Part shown: positions 62,791 through 63,832 of the stretch, piece by piece
Layout of the letters: every line of letters begins with the position of its first letter
Position numbering within the stretch: the stretch's first letter is position 1
Assembly: GCA_977016875.1 (NCBI GenBank)
Contig: CDRNST010000078.1
Location: 5,270,169-5,334,000, forward strand
Length of the DNA stretch: 63,832 bases
From: Pavona decussata
Lineage: Eukaryota
Direction of reading: 5' to 3'
The notes under the pieces: model-generated
Told to the model about the DNA's origin: nothing
Database searches by the model: none
What the model saw: the letters and a program-made list of their open reading frames with translations, nothing else
Translations under genes and position numbers: made by a program

Positions 62791-63832
62791 AATCCGAGCC
62801 GATAAACTAATTATTAAATGCCACAGTGCTAGCGTGCACAATGGGATAGAGAAGCTAATACAAATGGCTCAGAATGATAAGAATAAAACGCTTGAAGACA
62901 TGCTTGTAAAACCAAAATGTAAATGTTTTATAAATACAATGTTGTTGTTGTTGTTGTTTGTTGTTGTTGACACAGCGTGAGTCGTGTAGGTCTATCCGCT
63001 ACGTTTTTGCATGCTGTTCCTGTTCTTTATAATTAGTTGTAAAATTTAACGGGCATCTTTGGTCTCGCGTTTGTTAAATGACAATTTGTCTTGGTTGGCA
63101 CAAAATTACGTGGTGAAATGTAAGAATCACACCTCATGCCATATTTAAGCAGGTTTGCCGAATCAAAAGTACTCTTGATTTCATTCTTCACTACGCTCGC
63201 CTCCTCTGGGCATTTTTAAGAGGTTTTTATGGCAACAAGAATCGTTCGGCGTCGACGCTATTAAGCTGGAAATCCAAAGCATTGGCTACCCTTTTAGCCT
63301 TTTGCCTTTTAAACTAGTTCTCTTTCGACGTTTACTGAATTTTCTCTATACCACAAAGCAGACACCCGGAGAGGGTAGAATCCGTAGTCTTCATAGGCGT
63401 TTCAACACCTGTCGGGCTAGAAGAAACTATCTCAGTAATCACCCGAAATTTTACTTTCAATCTTCAGAGTTTTGGTCCCTCTCTAATCATTTTTGTTGAG
63501 CTAATTTAGCATGGGATTGCCGTCGGATGTCATTTAAGGTGACCAGTTGAGCCGCATAAATTTAATTTTGAATTTACGTCACAGACATGGTCGGCCGCGC
63601 ACGGGTCCCACCATTTCTTCTTGGGGAGGAAAGAAAAAAAAGAGAAGAAAAAGAAATACAGTCACCTACTAGTCAATTTAGTAGTAAGAAAATATTGAAT
63701 CGTGTTCTTTGTGTTGTCTTTTGGTTTGTCCAAGGAAGCATTGTAATGTTTCTTCTTAAGAAGTGTGTTTTAAACTACATTAATGGAGAACCTGTTTTTC
63801 ATCGAAATGGTACATTTTTAAACTGAACTGTA

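Overview
Animal genomic DNA, AT-rich and dominated by transposable elements; the repeat repertoire suggests a cnidarian, probably a stony coral (inference). The one recognisable host gene is on the minus strand and had to be rebuilt exon by exon: a Thr/Pro/Ser linker exon, a two-exon CUB domain, a possible Ig-like exon, an LRR N-cap exon and a 72-bp LRR exon (61862-47799). It looks like a CUB-LRR cell-surface receptor that decays after its first LRR. Coding mobile elements: an L2/CR1-type LINE with an esterase ORF1 nested in a MITE (611-5131), a complete but inactivated BEL/Pao LTR retrotransposon (36208-43474, TSD GTTGT), an intact DD37E IS630/Tc1/mariner transposon (59257-60716), a 5'-truncated L1/Tx1 LINE, and relics of Tigger/pogo, Penelope (next to a hammerhead ribozyme motif), a RecQ-like helicase and a Crypton-type tyrosine-recombinase protein. 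Non-coding repeats include MITEs, tRNA-derived SINE-like repeats, DINE-1/Helentron-like elements and decayed copies of a multi-kb segmental unit. The most interesting candidate system is a set of elements built from a long hairpin, several with a CCAATCA motif near the other end, two of which bracket the Crypton relic; they may be its non-autonomous partners. All coordinates and translations were read by eye.
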